Assembly: GCF_988242995.1 (NCBI RefSeq)
Contig: NZ_OZ547043.1
Reading direction: 5' to 3' (one strand)
Length of the DNA: 64,000 bases
Of the stretch, positions 21,351 through 33,237 are shown piece by piece. Under the pieces are notes generated by a model. The model saw only the letters and a program-made list of their open reading frames with translations. It ran no database searches and was not told the origin of the DNA. A program made the position numbers and the translations under genes. Every line of letters starts with the position of its first letter. The stretch's first letter is position 1.

Positions 21351-22670
21351 TTAACTGCCCCAACGACTTTGCAGATAGCTGACCGCTTGTTGAGTCTGTG
21401 GCTTATTCAGATAGTCCTCACGGAACAAGATTGTGCCGCTAATTTCTGGCACGGCATCGTTAAGATCGAGCTGCTTTTTCAGTTCCGGTACGCCGCCGTT
21501 AATCATCCAGTCTGGCTCTATCTTTGAAGGTTCACCCACTTTATAGAAGGCGATACCGATATACAGGCGGGTCCTGGTCGGTTTAACGACATCTGCCCAC
21601 CATTTTGCCAAAACGTCATAACGTGCGGCACTCCGTGAGAACGGCCAGTAAATTTGGGGAGCAATGTAATCCAGCAATCCTTGTTCCACCCATCGACGGG
21701 TGTCAGCGTAGGATTCGTCATAGGCTGCCGCGCCTCGGGTATCGGAACCGAGCGGATCGTGTGATCGGTTACGCCACACGCCTGCCGGGCTAACGCCAAA
21801 TTCGACTTCCGGCTTAATGCTTTTAATGGTGTGCGATACCTTCGCAATTAACTGCTGAGTATTGTTGCGCCGCCAGTCTGCTTTTGACGCAAATGCGCCT
21901 CCGTATTTGCGGTACGTTTCGTTATCATTTAGCCGTGAACCCGGTGACTCAGTATAGAAATAGTCGTCAAACTGCACGCCATCTACCGGATAGCGGGAAA
22001 CCACTTCCGCGACTATTGATGTGATCCAGTCCTGAACTTCAGGGATGCCCGGGTCGAGGACAAAGCGATCGCCGGACGTTCTGATCCAGTCGCGGTGTTG
22101 CACATAGACGCTCGCTGGTTGTTGAGCCAGAGTGCTATTCAGTTCCCTGATAGTACCGGGCTTCGTATTAACCGATACGCGATAGGGGTTAAACCAGGCG
22201 TGTACTTTCATCCCACGCTTGTGGGCTTCGTCGAGCATAAATTGCAGCGGATCGTAACCTGGATTTTCACCAATCTTTCCGGTCATAAGATCGGACCACG
22301 GCAAAATTTTTGATGGCCACAGGGCGGTACCGTCCGGCTTGACCTGGAAAAAGACCGTGTTGATGCCGAGACGTTGCAGATGATCCAGTTTGTCGACCAT
22401 CGCCTGTTGTTGTACACGGGCCCGGCTGGTGGGGTTACTAATGTTAACCGAGGAAACCGGTGGCCAGTCGAGGCGAGACACTGTGGCCAGCCAGATGCCA
22501 CGCATCGGTTGTGACGATTGTTGCGTCGTAGCTGGTGGCTTCGAACCTGTTGGTGGTGTCACCATTGACTCTGGAGGCGTGCTTTTGCAACTACACAGTA
22601 AAAGTGCCAGTGCAACCAGTACCGCTGGTCTTCTAATCGCTAATTTCTCGTTTCGGGAGCAGATATCCAT
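21351..22670 (-). CDS. yddW: Predicted outer-membrane lipoprotein, glycoside hydrolase-like
   Basis: 439-aa ORF with N-terminal signal and a Cys-containing lipobox-like segment (LLLCSCKS); position between dosC and gadC. Confidence 0.8.
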   Translation of the reverse strand: MDICSRNEKLAIRRPAVLVALALLLCSCKSTPPESMVTPPTGSKPPATTQQSSQPMRGIWLATVSRLDWPPVSSVNISNPTSRARVQQQAMVDKLDHLQRLGINTVFFQVKPDGTALWPSKILPWSDLMTGKIGENPGYDPLQFMLDEAHKRGMKVHAWFNPYRVSVNTKPGTIRELNSTLAQQPASVYVQHRDWIRTSGDRFVLDPGIPEVQDWITSIVAEVVSRYPVDGVQFDDYFYTESPGSRLNDNETYRKYGGAFASKADWRRNNTQQLIAKVSHTIKSIKPEVEFGVSPAGVWRNRSHDPLGSDTRGAAAYDESYADTRRWVEQGLLDYIAPQIYWPFSRSAARYDVLAKWWADVVKPTRTRLYIGIAFYKVGEPSKIEPDWMINGGVPELKKQLDLNDAVPEISGTILFREDYLNKPQTQQAVSYLQSRWGS

Positions 22671-22751
22671 ATATGCTGGTTTCCGGTAAACAGATGTGCG
22701 CTCATTCTCGTACTTATCCCGGTTAAGTCAATACGACAGCGAGCACGAAAA

Positions 22752-22785
22752 AGGGAGCGATGAATTATCGCTCCCTTATCTTATA
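22752..22785 (-). terminator. Rho-independent terminator downstream of gadC
   Basis: Perfect inverted repeat agggagcgat / atcgctccct; on the minus strand it is followed by a T-run. Confidence 0.7.
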
Positions 22786-22800
22786 ACCATTCATACATGG

Positions 22801-24336
22801 TTAGTGTTTCTTGTCATTCATCACAATATAGTGTGGTGAACGTGCACGCGGGTGCAGGAAGAAGTGACCTTTTGGTGCGTTCTGACTGTTGATTGGCTCC
22901 AGAGTGACGCCGGTATTCCCTTTGCCTTTACGATCATGAACAGCATAGAGAATAAAGGGCAGGGCAAGTACCACCAGGAAACTCACGACCAGTAATTCAA
23001 CATACATATCGGTAGAGTCACCCTGGATGTTATCCGGCGGCAGGAAGGAAACAATAAACGCCATAATTGAAGTCAGCAGACCGACAACAGCCACGACCAG
23101 TTTCACCCCTTTACCACCAGGGATATTAAATGTGCGTTTTAAGTCAGGATGTTTAAGAACCAACACAATGTAGCCAATAAACAGCATGAAATAAGCACAC
23201 AGATAAATCACCACCGTCAGCGCCAGTGCGATCAGGAAGGACATGTTGTTACCGCCACCGGTATTGGTGAGGATGATCAACGCGATAGAAGTAATCACCA
23301 ACTGCGAAATGACCAGCGTTACCGGTACGCCATTTTTGTTCATTTTAGCGAATGCTGCTGGCAGCAGGTTTTTCTGCGCTGTGACATACATCCCGCGAGA
23401 AGGACCAACAATCCAGGAGGCGATTTCCGCCAGAACACCCAGCAACAGCAGTGCGGAGATCACGCGAACCGTCCACTCAATTTCCGGTGCCACATGGGAC
23501 ATCAGAACGGTAAAGGTTTGCATTACCCCTGCGGAGAGGTTGATTTCATTACCCGGAATGACCATCGCAATAGACAAACCGCCAACAGAGCTTAAGCAGA
23601 TTGCCGCCACCATCAGCAGTAACATAGCCAGTGGATAGTCGCGCCCTGGATTGCTCATTTCATTGACGTGGGTTGCGGAAGCTTCAACGCCCATATAACT
23701 CAAAATGAAGGCAACAAATACAACCAGGGTGCCCACTTTAGAGAAGTCAGGGAAGAAGGTCTTCGAATCCATTTCGATAGCAACGGGGGCACCGGAGTGC
23801 AGATAAATAGCCGCTAATGCGATCAAAATAAATGCAGGTAACAGGATACCGGCGAAGAAGCCAACTTTAGCAATTCGCGCCGTGTATTTCGTGCCACCAA
23901 ACTGCGTTAATGCCAGCGCCCAAAGAATGATGAGTGCTGCAATAGTTTTGGTAATAGGGTCTTCATTCAGCGCTGGCCATTTCAGGATGTAGGAGAGTGC
24001 CCCTAACACGAAATAGAGCATCGGAATAAAACCAATGGCGATTTGCAGATAGCCAAATGAGATCGCTGCAAATCCCCATCTCGGCCCCAGAGTATTTGAT
24101 ACCCAGGCGAAGACACCACCTTCTTCCCAGCCGTCGACGGTAGCCATTTCCGCAGCACAAAGTCCCACGGGAATAAACCATAAAATCCCGCCTAATAGCA
24201 GGAAGAAGACTAATGAAAAGCCCGATGTTGCGAAGGTAGGGTATTCATAAACAGCCATTACCATCGATGCCGTTATGGCAAAAAATCCGAGTAATGTGAG
24301 CTGCTTAGCTTTACCTGTCTGTACTGATGTAGCCAT
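22801..24336 (-). CDS. gadC: Glutamate:GABA antiporter
   Basis: 511 aa, APC-family transporter with about 12 TM segments, directly downstream of gadB. Confidence 0.92.
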   Translation of the reverse strand: MATSVQTGKAKQLTLLGFFAITASMVMAVYEYPTFATSGFSLVFFLLLGGILWFIPVGLCAAEMATVDGWEEGGVFAWVSNTLGPRWGFAAISFGYLQIAIGFIPMLYFVLGALSYILKWPALNEDPITKTIAALIILWALALTQFGGTKYTARIAKVGFFAGILLPAFILIALAAIYLHSGAPVAIEMDSKTFFPDFSKVGTLVVFVAFILSYMGVEASATHVNEMSNPGRDYPLAMLLLMVAAICLSSVGGLSIAMVIPGNEINLSAGVMQTFTVLMSHVAPEIEWTVRVISALLLLGVLAEIASWIVGPSRGMYVTAQKNLLPAAFAKMNKNGVPVTLVISQLVITSIALIILTNTGGGNNMSFLIALALTVVIYLCAYFMLFIGYIVLVLKHPDLKRTFNIPGGKGVKLVVAVVGLLTSIMAFIVSFLPPDNIQGDSTDMYVELLVVSFLVVLALPFILYAVHDRKGKGNTGVTLEPINSQNAPKGHFFLHPRARSPHYIVMNDKKH

Positions 24337-24491
24337 ATTATCCCCCTAAAACGGTATTCCTGTCGGAACCGCACCTGTTTTGTTCTGTAGCGTATTCAGA
24401 ACAATATTTTCCGTTGCTAATGCCAGTGAACAGACTTTAGAAATTGTCCCGAAACGGGTGCGTTTCGGGACACCGTTACCGTTAAACGTTA

Positions 24492-25892
24492 TCAGGTATG
24501 TTTAAAGCTGTTCTGCTGGGCAATACCCTGCAGTTTCGGGTGATCGCTGAGATATTTCAGGGAGGCTTTGTAGTCTTCCAGCAACAGTTCAGCAAAGTCC
24601 ATTTCGAAGCCGCGACGACACATAATGCGCATCACCACGATGTCGGTGGCTTCACCGCCGAGAGTGAAGGCCGGAACCTGCCAGCCGCGCAGACGCAGAC
24701 GTTCAGAGAGGTCGTAGAGGGTGTATCCCGGGTCTTCACCATCTTTCAGTTTGAAGCAAACCGCCGGGATGCCTTCGTCCGGGCGACCGGTACAGATGAA
24801 CTCATACGGCCCCAGTTTGGCGATTTCATCCGCCAGATAAGCGGCAACCTGGTAAGAGGCGTTCTGTACTTTGGTATAGCCTTCACGACCGAGGCGCAGG
24901 AATTCATAGTACTGTGCAATTACCTGACCCGCCGGGCGGGAGAAGTTGATGGCGAAAGTACCAATCTGACCACCGAGATAGTCAACGTTGAACACCAGTT
25001 CCTGCGGCAGCGCTTCTTCATCACGCCAGATAACCCAGCCGCAGCCCAGCGGAGCCAGACCGAATTTATGGCCTGAAGCACTGATCGATTTCACACGCGG
25101 CAGGCGGAAGTCCCAGACGATATCCGGGGCGACGAACGGTGCCAGGAAGCCACCGCTGGCGGCGTCGATGTGCATGTCGATGTCGATACCGGTGTCGGCC
25201 TGGAATTTATCCAGCGCATCGTGCAGCGGTTGCGGGAACTCATAGTTACCGGTGTAGGTCACGCCGAAAGTCGGCACCACGCCGATGGTGTTTTCGTCGC
25301 AGGCTTCAATCATGCGTTTCGGGTCCATAAACAACTGACCGGGGCGCATAGGGATCTCACGCAGCTCCACATCCCAGTAGCGGGCGAATTTATGCCAGCA
25401 GATTTGCACCGGACCGCACACCAGGTTTGGTTTATCCGTTGGTTTGCCTGCAGCTTCCATACGCTTGCGCCAACGCCATTTCATCGCCATCCCGCCGAGC
25501 ATACAGGCCTCGGAAGAACCAATGGTGTTGGTGCCAACGGCCTGACCATTTTTCGGCGCAGGCGCATGCCACAGATCGGCAACCATGTTTACGCAACGCA
25601 GGTCGATTGCTGCAGATTGCGGATATTCTTCTTTGTCGATCCAGTTTTTGTTAATGGATAAATCCATCAACTTATGGACATTTTCGTCGTCCCAGGTCTG
25701 GCAGAAAGTGGCCAGGTTCTGACGAGCGTTGCCATCAAGATATAATTCGTCATTGATAATCTGGAATGCGACATCATCGCGCATTTCGTGCAGCGGAAAT
25801 CGTTTTGATTCTGCGATAGTGGAAATAGACTTCGCACCAAAACGTGAATCGAGTAGTTCCGACCTTAAATCCGTTACTTGCTTCTTATCCAT
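24492..25892 (-). CDS. gadB: Glutamate decarboxylase beta (PLP-dependent)
   Basis: Track ORF 24492-25961 with start at [21 protein letters not shown] (466 aa); PLP-lysine motif [10 protein letters not shown]; adjacent gadC marks it as gadB rather than gadA. Confidence 0.92.
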   Translation of the reverse strand: MDKKQVTDLRSELLDSRFGAKSISTIAESKRFPLHEMRDDVAFQIINDELYLDGNARQNLATFCQTWDDENVHKLMDLSINKNWIDKEEYPQSAAIDLRCVNMVADLWHAPAPKNGQAVGTNTIGSSEACMLGGMAMKWRWRKRMEAAGKPTDKPNLVCGPVQICWHKFARYWDVELREIPMRPGQLFMDPKRMIEACDENTIGVVPTFGVTYTGNYEFPQPLHDALDKFQADTGIDIDMHIDAASGGFLAPFVAPDIVWDFRLPRVKSISASGHKFGLAPLGCGWVIWRDEEALPQELVFNVDYLGGQIGTFAINFSRPAGQVIAQYYEFLRLGREGYTKVQNASYQVAAYLADEIAKLGPYEFICTGRPDEGIPAVCFKLKDGEDPGYTLYDLSERLRLRGWQVPAFTLGGEATDIVVMRIMCRRGFEMDFAELLLEDYKASLKYLSDHPKLQGIAQQNSFKHT

Positions 25893-25972
25893 TTTAAACT
25901 CCTTAAAATGATTGGATCGCATTAAAAAAGTAGGATTTATCGATAAAGTAAGCAAGTGCAAAGGACTCTGGT

Positions 25973-25992
25973 TTAAATAACAAAATCCTAAT
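25973..25992 (-). promoter_or_regulatory. GAD box (GadE-binding site) in the gadB promoter
   Basis: Minus-strand sequence TTAGGATTTTGTTATTTAAA, about 80 nt upstream of the gadB ATG, matches the 20-bp GAD box as recalled. Confidence 0.7.
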
Positions 25993-26253
25993 GTTATTTA
26001 TCGTGAAATATTACGAGAATAATGTTTTTTCATTAAAAAACAATACAATAGAGAATTGCTTGGTGGTAGTAAGGTGTTTTATGTTGTTATTTTTATGCGC
26101 TTTCTATGTCTCCTGAATTATCGCGTAAAAATCAGACATTAAAATATCATTATTAGCACTCGACTATTATTTTGAACGCATTTATAAAATTATTACATAA
26201 AAATGTCGAATATTGCTAAAATCCCCGCCAACGAGGTGTTGACGGGGCTGTTA

Positions 26254-29049
26254 TTATTTTGGCAATAATACTCCGGTATAGGTATTCACCGGATGAGAAA
26301 GATATTGTTTAACGGCAGTGTTAACATTCTCTACCGTCATTTGTTTCAATAATTGCTCCTGCTCAGTCCATGCTGCAGGATCGTCATATTGAATAAGACT
26401 ATTTACAATGGTGTTCGCTAATTGTTGAACGCTACGCTGTTGGATATCGAGGCTGCGCTGAACGTTTTGCTGGTATTCGTTCAGTTCTTGCTCACTGATC
26501 CCTTTAGCCAGACGCTTAACCATCACTTCATTCGCTAACGTTAACAGTTCATCATGTCGTTCTGGTTGACAAGTAAAAGCCAGCAAATGACTGATATCTT
26601 TGGCCTGAGGATCAACCGAGAGGCGAGAAGAAACGCTGTATGCCCCAGAGGCCTGTTCACGAATATTAACGCGTAGATCTTTTGCCAGTGCGACGTTAAA
26701 AGCATCGAGCGCCATACGCGTCTCCAGATTTACAGGTGTCCGGGAATCATAACGCTTCCACTGTGAAACCTGTGCCACAGGTTCATTTTGTTCTTTTACA
26801 GTAACCGATGCGTTGTCCGTCGCGCGAGTTAATGGTTTACCTGCGGCTAATGGCGAATCAGAGTGTTTGATTGATCCTAAGTAACGCGTAATTAACGGCA
26901 GGAGTTTGTCTTCTGCGACATTACCGACAATGACAAACGTGATATCCGCTGGAGATGAAAACAACTGGCGATCGGCAGCCAGCGCATCTGCGGCAGTAAA
27001 CTGTGCAATCTGATTTTCTTGCAGTAATTTCGTGCGGTCATCAGCATAGCGCGTCTCATACATCTGCTGGGCGAATTTCTCCGCTGGACGCTGGTCGAGC
27101 GTTTTCAACGCCTGAATTTGAGCATTTTGTAGCGATGCCCAAATATTATCATTAATCGTGCTGTGAGTGATTCGCTGGTTAATCAACTGGAAACCAGGTT
27201 CAGGGTTATTAGTCCGCGCGCTAACAGAGAGCAATGTATTCATGCCACTGACTTTACTGCTCATGGTTACCGAGTTTTCCGCACTCCAGCGTTTCAGGCT
27301 GGAAGAGGAGAGTTCACCAACGCCGCTTCCGCTTACTGCTTTATTTGCCAGCGCGATAAGTGATTTTTGCTGCGCAGGGAAACTTAAATCGCCTTTATTA
27401 GATACGGCAGTAATTTGTAGCTTTTGCTCTTCACCCGCGGATTTTGCCAGAATAACCCTGGCACCATTGGAAAGTGTTAATGATGTCAGATTCTCAGCCA
27501 GCGTTTCTTTGCTGCTAATTTCCGCCTGTGGGTCAACGTCTACTGTTAACGATAAATTTCTGCCTGGGAAGATGTAAGCCGCCAGCTTTTTGTTGGCGTA
27601 CTCTTTTTCCAGCGCCAGGATAGCCGCAGGAGACAATGCTTTTTTGGCGGCAACCTCATTGTTTACCATTTGCTCCCAAAATGCGTCCTGGTTCTTTCTT
27701 AACTGCTGCCATTTTTCCGCCAGACTTTGCACGGTAATTTGCTGCCACAGACGTTTCGAAAGTTGATATGTCTCTTCCGGCGACAAGAACGGCGTATTAT
27801 TTAATGAGCTGGATGCCAGGCGACTGGTCAGCATACGTAAATCACGTTCAGCTTGCTGATCAACCGCATTTTTCAGCCAGGTGAGACGGGTAGATTTGAC
27901 ATCATCGAGTTCTTCAGCAGAAAAACCATGCTGATCAATAGTTGCCAACTCTGCCATTAATGCATTCGCAGCATCCTGCATATTATCGTCTCGTGCATTT
28001 ACACGGAAAAACAGCGATTGATAATCGGGTGCAATTCTAACGCTGCGCGCAGTGCCGCCAGAAATAGTCTTCAACTCGCCCGACTGTATACGTTCCTGCA
28101 GACGTTGATTGAACAGCTGAACTAACATGCTCCATTCAGCTTGTTCGATAAAGCTTTGCTCATCGCTCACTTGCACCATTGGCAGGCGATAATAGAGTGC
28201 GATGCCGTTCACCCGGTTTTCTTTATCATTAATGATATTAAAGCGCAGGTGGTTTTCGGCTTTTGTCGGCCAGACGCGATTTTCAGCTGCTTTGTTAGCC
28301 GGAAGCTTACTTAAATTGTCCTTTATCAGCGCCAGCGCTTCTTTACTGTCGATATCGCCGACCACGATAAAGGTCATATTATTTGGTTGATACCAGCGTT
28401 GATAAAATTGGCGCAATTGTGCCGGTGTGACCGTGGCGACAGTATCCATCAGGCCGATAGGTTCACGGTCTAAATTACGGGTATTTGCCAGCAGGAAAGG
28501 GCGGCGCGCCTGAGAGGTGCGCCATTTCACATCCTGATGGGCACGCCATTCCTCAGTAATTACGCCGCGTTCAGCGTCTACTTCGAGTTTATCAAAGGTC
28601 GCGGCATTACCCCATTCACTGAATATTGCCATCACTTGTTGCAGATTTTGTTTCTGCGTAGTCGGCAAACTTACCTGATACACCGTTTCGTCATAGCTGG
28701 TATAGGCATTAACATCGCGACCAAAGCGCAGACCCATCGACTCAAATGTTTCGATGACTTTATTACCCGGCCATGTTTTTGTGCCGTTAAACATCATATG
28801 TTCTACAAAATGAGCCACGCCGCGCTCATTGTCCTCTTCCTGCAATGAACCGGTATGAATTTGCAGCCATAAATTTACCTGATCCTTTGGTTGAGCATGC
28901 GGATAAATCATATATCGCAAGCCATTGTCCAGTTGCCCGGTAATTAACTTTTCATCCTGCGGTAAGGCGGCGGCAATCAGTCGCCCGGGGAGCAACAGAG
29001 TTACCACTAACGTCAGTAAGAAACAGAGGTTTCTCATAATTATCTCCAT
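26254..29049 (-). CDS. pqqL: Periplasmic M16-family zinc metallopeptidase
   Basis: Roughly 930 aa with signal peptide and inverzincin motif HFVEHMMFNGT; start approximate (track ORF extends to 29064). Confidence 0.88.
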   Translation of the reverse strand: MEIIMRNLCFLLTLVVTLLLPGRLIAAALPQDEKLITGQLDNGLRYMIYPHAQPKDQVNLWLQIHTGSLQEEDNERGVAHFVEHMMFNGTKTWPGNKVIETFESMGLRFGRDVNAYTSYDETVYQVSLPTTQKQNLQQVMAIFSEWGNAATFDKLEVDAERGVITEEWRAHQDVKWRTSQARRPFLLANTRNLDREPIGLMDTVATVTPAQLRQFYQRWYQPNNMTFIVVGDIDSKEALALIKDNLSKLPANKAAENRVWPTKAENHLRFNIINDKENRVNGIALYYRLPMVQVSDEQSFIEQAEWSMLVQLFNQRLQERIQSGELKTISGGTARSVRIAPDYQSLFFRVNARDDNMQDAANALMAELATIDQHGFSAEELDDVKSTRLTWLKNAVDQQAERDLRMLTSRLASSSLNNTPFLSPEETYQLSKRLWQQITVQSLAEKWQQLRKNQDAFWEQMVNNEVAAKKALSPAAILALEKEYANKKLAAYIFPGRNLSLTVDVDPQAEISSKETLAENLTSLTLSNGARVILAKSAGEEQKLQITAVSNKGDLSFPAQQKSLIALANKAVSGSGVGELSSSSLKRWSAENSVTMSSKVSGMNTLLSVSARTNNPEPGFQLINQRITHSTINDNIWASLQNAQIQALKTLDQRPAEKFAQQMYETRYADDRTKLLQENQIAQFTAADALAADRQLFSSPADITFVIVGNVAEDKLLPLITRYLGSIKHSDSPLAAGKPLTRATDNASVTVKEQNEPVAQVSQWKRYDSRTPVNLETRMALDAFNVALAKDLRVNIREQASGAYSVSSRLSVDPQAKDISHLLAFTCQPERHDELLTLANEVMVKRLAKGISEQELNEYQQNVQRSLDIQQRSVQQLANTIVNSLIQYDDPAAWTEQEQLLKQMTVENVNTAVKQYLSHPVNTYTGVLLPK

Positions 29050-29093
29050 GCGAAAACCGGGCAAATTTACCCGGTTAAGTAAAATCCGAACTA

Positions 29094-31466
29094 TTAAAAT
29101 TTCATGCTGACATCAAGCCAGAAAGTACGGCCACTGGCGTAGGTCGCCACACCGGTATTCGTTGTATCAACCGCGGTTTTGCTATCCAGTACATTGAGAA
29201 TATCGGCACTGATCGTCAGGTTTTGTTGTTTCAGAAATTGTGGCGTCCAGGACAAGCGGGTGTCCCAGGTCAGGCTGCTATCCAGTTTTTCGTCAACATA
29301 CTGCTTGTAATCTGAATATTCGCTGATGTATTGCGCATTCGTCTTACCCAGGATAATGCGAGCTTTACGCGCTTCTTGCCAGGCTAGCGTATTCGCCCAC
29401 ACCAACCCGCTCGGTTGATGCGTGAAATCCATGTTTAAGGAGATCTTTAATGGGTTATTAAAATCTGCCACTGGAACGCTATCGTAAGAGACCAGATTAC
29501 GGTTATAAACCACCTGGTTATCACCGGTATTGCTTTCCTCATAACCATTGTTTAACGACAAGTTGCCCTTGCTCTTGATATAGCTAAAGACAATTTGCGG
29601 GTTAATATCTACCTGGCTGATATGCAGGGGTTCGGCCAGTTCAAAACTGAGGTTGAACGAATGCGTTTTAGTTTTGCCGTCGTTGTTATATTCAGTAATG
29701 GTGGTTTTAGTCGCGCTGTCGGTACGACTGCTTTTACTGATTTGATCATGCGCTTCACGATAAACATAGTTTGCACGCGCAATAACGTTCTTACCGATTT
29801 TCTGCTGCAACCCCATTGCCAGTTCATCGTTATAAGGCGTTTTCAAATCCTGATAACGCGTCAGGGTTTTATTGCCTGATACCGATTCCGTCCAGCTATT
29901 GCGGATATCACGTAATCCCATATCAAGAATATTACCGCCATAGTAACGGTTATAACCTGCGGTAATCATTGAGGTTTGATCAGCAAAAATATCCCATTCC
30001 GTCATAAAGCGCGGGGAGATATTGTGGTTTGACAGATAGTTGTCATAGTCATACCGCACGCCGGGCATTAATGACACATTACGCCAGCTAATGCGATCCG
30101 CCATATACAGCGTGTAGTTGTCAATTCCCAGGCTGCCTTTACCTTTATGGTAAATGGTATGGTTAGTTTTCTTTCCGGCAGCATTAATCACATAGGATTC
30201 TGACTGGTTATGGCGTTCAGTCCATGCATCGGAATAGATGTATTCCGCGCCGAAGTAGGGTTGATGAGAAACATTACCCACGGTGAATTTTTGCCAGTCC
30301 AGGCGTGTTTTGAAGGTGTAATTATCTACAGCCTGGGAAATGTGTCCTAATCCGCCACGGGTGCAACGCCCTATAATATCACCATATGTACATGAAAGTT
30401 CGGTGTACCAGATGTCATGATCGTGACGGGTATAATCACTAATATGATCCCAACCAACGGTGGTACGTAGTTTGGCCCATGCGAGCTGCGTATCCATATC
30501 CCATGCCAGACCGTAGGATTTATTACCCATTTCACGATCAGACTGCGGGAAGGTGCTGGTATTATAATCACGACTGGAGCCGGTATATTTTAATGTTAAA
30601 TCGTGGGTAAAGCGGTCGCTGGCAAACCAGGTAAATTTGCTCACTGCGGTATCGATAACGTTTTTATACTGTGCCCGACCGGCGACAATGCCGTCATTCG
30701 AAACATAATCCGCGCGGGTGATATCAGACTGGCGGCGCGATAAACCGGCGGTAACGCCGAAGTTATCAGCGAGTTCCTGATTCAACGCCAAAGTATAAAA
30801 GTTCTTTTTAAAATCTGGAGAGTAATAAGTACTTCCTGAAGAACCTTGATTAAATGCGCTCTTGTTATTCTCATCGATATGCGATGTTAACCAGTCCGAA
30901 CGCGTAGTGCGATAACCCAGTTTCACGCTGCTATCATCAGCATTGAAGCGTTTGATCTTTGCATCAATTACCCCGCCATTGAAGCGACCAAATTCAACCG
31001 GCACAAAACTGTCATAAAGCGTCACATTGTCAAGTAAGCTGACATCTAGATAATACCCCTGTGACATCCCGCTAATATTGGTTGCACTACTGGCATCGGA
31101 CTCATTCGCTGGGTTCAGGTTATTAGTTGCACTAATACCATCAATCAAATAGGCATTCTGGTAGGGCGACGCACCGTGAATAGAGATTTTCTCCGGGCGA
31201 ATATCTCCCTGGTTCAACGAGGTACTTTGCGTTGAATCCATGCGCACAGCAGGGTTGGTTCTCAGCAGATCGCTGATATTGCCATTCCCGGTCGGTAAAC
31301 GCTCGATGCTTTCACTGGTGTAATGCGTGTTGCCGTTTACGGGTACAGGGACAGGAGCATAGACCGTCATCTCTTCAAAAACATGCATGTACATATTTTT
31401 GTCATCGACGGCCTGCGCCACATCAGCGCCACATAAAATGACGCCAGGAATAAGAACTCGCTTCAT
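29094..31466 (-). CDS. yddB: TonB-dependent outer-membrane receptor
   Basis: 790 aa; signal peptide, plug and barrel, C-terminal ...WLDVSMKF ending in Phe. Confidence 0.88.
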   Translation of the reverse strand: MKRVLIPGVILCGADVAQAVDDKNMYMHVFEEMTVYAPVPVPVNGNTHYTSESIERLPTGNGNISDLLRTNPAVRMDSTQSTSLNQGDIRPEKISIHGASPYQNAYLIDGISATNNLNPANESDASSATNISGMSQGYYLDVSLLDNVTLYDSFVPVEFGRFNGGVIDAKIKRFNADDSSVKLGYRTTRSDWLTSHIDENNKSAFNQGSSGSTYYSPDFKKNFYTLALNQELADNFGVTAGLSRRQSDITRADYVSNDGIVAGRAQYKNVIDTAVSKFTWFASDRFTHDLTLKYTGSSRDYNTSTFPQSDREMGNKSYGLAWDMDTQLAWAKLRTTVGWDHISDYTRHDHDIWYTELSCTYGDIIGRCTRGGLGHISQAVDNYTFKTRLDWQKFTVGNVSHQPYFGAEYIYSDAWTERHNQSESYVINAAGKKTNHTIYHKGKGSLGIDNYTLYMADRISWRNVSLMPGVRYDYDNYLSNHNISPRFMTEWDIFADQTSMITAGYNRYYGGNILDMGLRDIRNSWTESVSGNKTLTRYQDLKTPYNDELAMGLQQKIGKNVIARANYVYREAHDQISKSSRTDSATKTTITEYNNDGKTKTHSFNLSFELAEPLHISQVDINPQIVFSYIKSKGNLSLNNGYEESNTGDNQVVYNRNLVSYDSVPVADFNNPLKISLNMDFTHQPSGLVWANTLAWQEARKARIILGKTNAQYISEYSDYKQYVDEKLDSSLTWDTRLSWTPQFLKQQNLTISADILNVLDSKTAVDTTNTGVATYASGRTFWLDVSMKF

Positions 31467-31503
31467 TTATTTTTATCTCCGTACAGCAGGGCTTTTATTG
31501 TTT

Positions 31504-33189
31504 TTATAAAACCGCGCTAATGTCACAAATATCATCGGCCAGGTTCCAGACACCGGGTTGATGTGTAACCATAATGACGCCGCTTGTGGGTAGTTTTTCA
31601 CGCACTAAACGCAGTAAGCGGATAGCCTCTTGTTCCTCAAGATGAGAGGTAGTTTCGTCAAGAAATATCCATTTCGGACGTCGTAAAATTAATCGTGCCA
31701 GGGCGATACGTTGTTTTTCGCCGCTGGAAAGAATATCTCCCCAGCGATCGTGGTCATGAATACGCGCAGCCAATTTCCCCAGACCAACCTGATGCAGTAT
31801 TTCGCTCAACGATTTATCGTCTACGGGCAGGGGAAGTGCTTTACAAATAATCTCTTTCAGTAAGCCGGTTTTGATTAACGGTGTTTGTGACACATACCAA
31901 CTGTCAGCAGGAGAAGAAATATCACCTTTGAACCACGGCCAGCAGTGGGATAATGTTTTAAGCAGTGTGGTTTTTCCCGCACCAGAGTAACCTTTCAGTA
32001 ATAGCCATTTGCCTGGCGAAACATGAAAGTTCAGGTTCTCTAATATGATCTTATTATCAGGAGTACGAATACTCGCGTCAGCCACTTGTACCGCATGTTG
32101 GCAATTTTTAGGCTTATTCGTAGGGCGCTGTTCGGTGAGTTGATGGAACTCATACAAACGATCGATAACCGCAGCCAGTTCAGCAAGTTCGTCATATTTA
32201 TAAATAAACCAGCTTAAATTGTTCGATACCAGCATAAATGCCTGGCGCGATTTCATCAGTCCGCCCAGATTGATCTGTCCGCTAATAAACTGTGGCAATA
32301 ACAGAAAGTAGGGAAGAACGCTAAGCGAGCGCGAATAAATATTCTGCCAGTAATCAAGCCAGCGCTGACGATTCATTAAACGATGCCAGTTCTCTTTAAT
32401 GGTATGAAAATTGTCGCTCAACTCCTGGCGTTGTAGAGACTCAGCATTGCTTAGCGCAATCAGTTCAGCCTGCTTATTATGCTGCACAAGATTAGTTCGA
32501 AATGTCGCTTCGCTACGTTGTTTTTCCACATTAAGCGGACGAATACGTTTACCCACCTTATGAGTAAATAAAGTTCCACCGATCACAATGAGCACGACGG
32601 TATAGACCATATACCCCTGGATATTCCATTCTGTTCCACCAACAGTGAATGAGAGCGTACCCGCGCTTTGCCAAAGAATAACGGTAAAGGTGATCAGCAT
32701 GCTAAGCGACTGGATGAAGCCAAATGAAAGGCTGAGCGTTTTACTGATCAGCAAGAGAATGTCCTCAGCGATACGTTGGTCAGGGTTATCTGTATTTTTA
32801 TGCTCGCCGTAGATTTGCGTGAAGTAGTAGTTTTTATCTGCAAACCAGCGATTAAGGTAGTAATCTGTTAACCATTCGCGCCAGCGAATAGTCAGTAGTT
32901 TAATTAACCATGTTTTGTTTACGGATATTAATACAAAGATCCCCAGCAGGGCAGGGAACCAAAGAACAAGCTGCCAAAGCTTATCGGTTTCTTTCTGGCT
33001 TAGCGCATTGAAAAAATCATTATTCCAGTCGTTTAACCAGACCTGAATTTTAACAACGCCAAGGATCATGGCGAGGATAATAATGATTAACAGCACTGAA
33101 GTTTTATTATTCTTACGCAGCCAAAAGGGCTTCAGCAGACAGAGATACTTTGCTATCAACATACAAAACGTAATGGGAATGGTTATCAT
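31504..33189 (-). CDS. yddA: ABC transporter, fused permease/ATPase
   Basis: 561 aa; N-terminal TM domain, C-terminal Walker A GYSGAGKTT and signature SSGEKQR. Confidence 0.88.
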   Translation of the reverse strand: MITIPITFCMLIAKYLCLLKPFWLRKNNKTSVLLIIIILAMILGVVKIQVWLNDWNNDFFNALSQKETDKLWQLVLWFPALLGIFVLISVNKTWLIKLLTIRWREWLTDYYLNRWFADKNYYFTQIYGEHKNTDNPDQRIAEDILLLISKTLSLSFGFIQSLSMLITFTVILWQSAGTLSFTVGGTEWNIQGYMVYTVVLIVIGGTLFTHKVGKRIRPLNVEKQRSEATFRTNLVQHNKQAELIALSNAESLQRQELSDNFHTIKENWHRLMNRQRWLDYWQNIYSRSLSVLPYFLLLPQFISGQINLGGLMKSRQAFMLVSNNLSWFIYKYDELAELAAVIDRLYEFHQLTEQRPTNKPKNCQHAVQVADASIRTPDNKIILENLNFHVSPGKWLLLKGYSGAGKTTLLKTLSHCWPWFKGDISSPADSWYVSQTPLIKTGLLKEIICKALPLPVDDKSLSEILHQVGLGKLAARIHDHDRWGDILSSGEKQRIALARLILRRPKWIFLDETTSHLEEQEAIRLLRLVREKLPTSGVIMVTHQPGVWNLADDICDISAVL

Positions 33190-33213
33190 TAGCGAAAATT
33201 GATTGTGCCATCC

Positions 33214-33237
33214 AATGATTATCTATGGCAATGATTT
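33214..33237 (-). promoter_or_regulatory. Putative Fur box upstream of yddA
   Basis: Plus-strand sequence aatgattatctatggcaatgattt; the minus strand contains GATAATCATT, matching the Fur consensus core, about 30-50 nt upstream of the yddA start. Confidence 0.45.
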
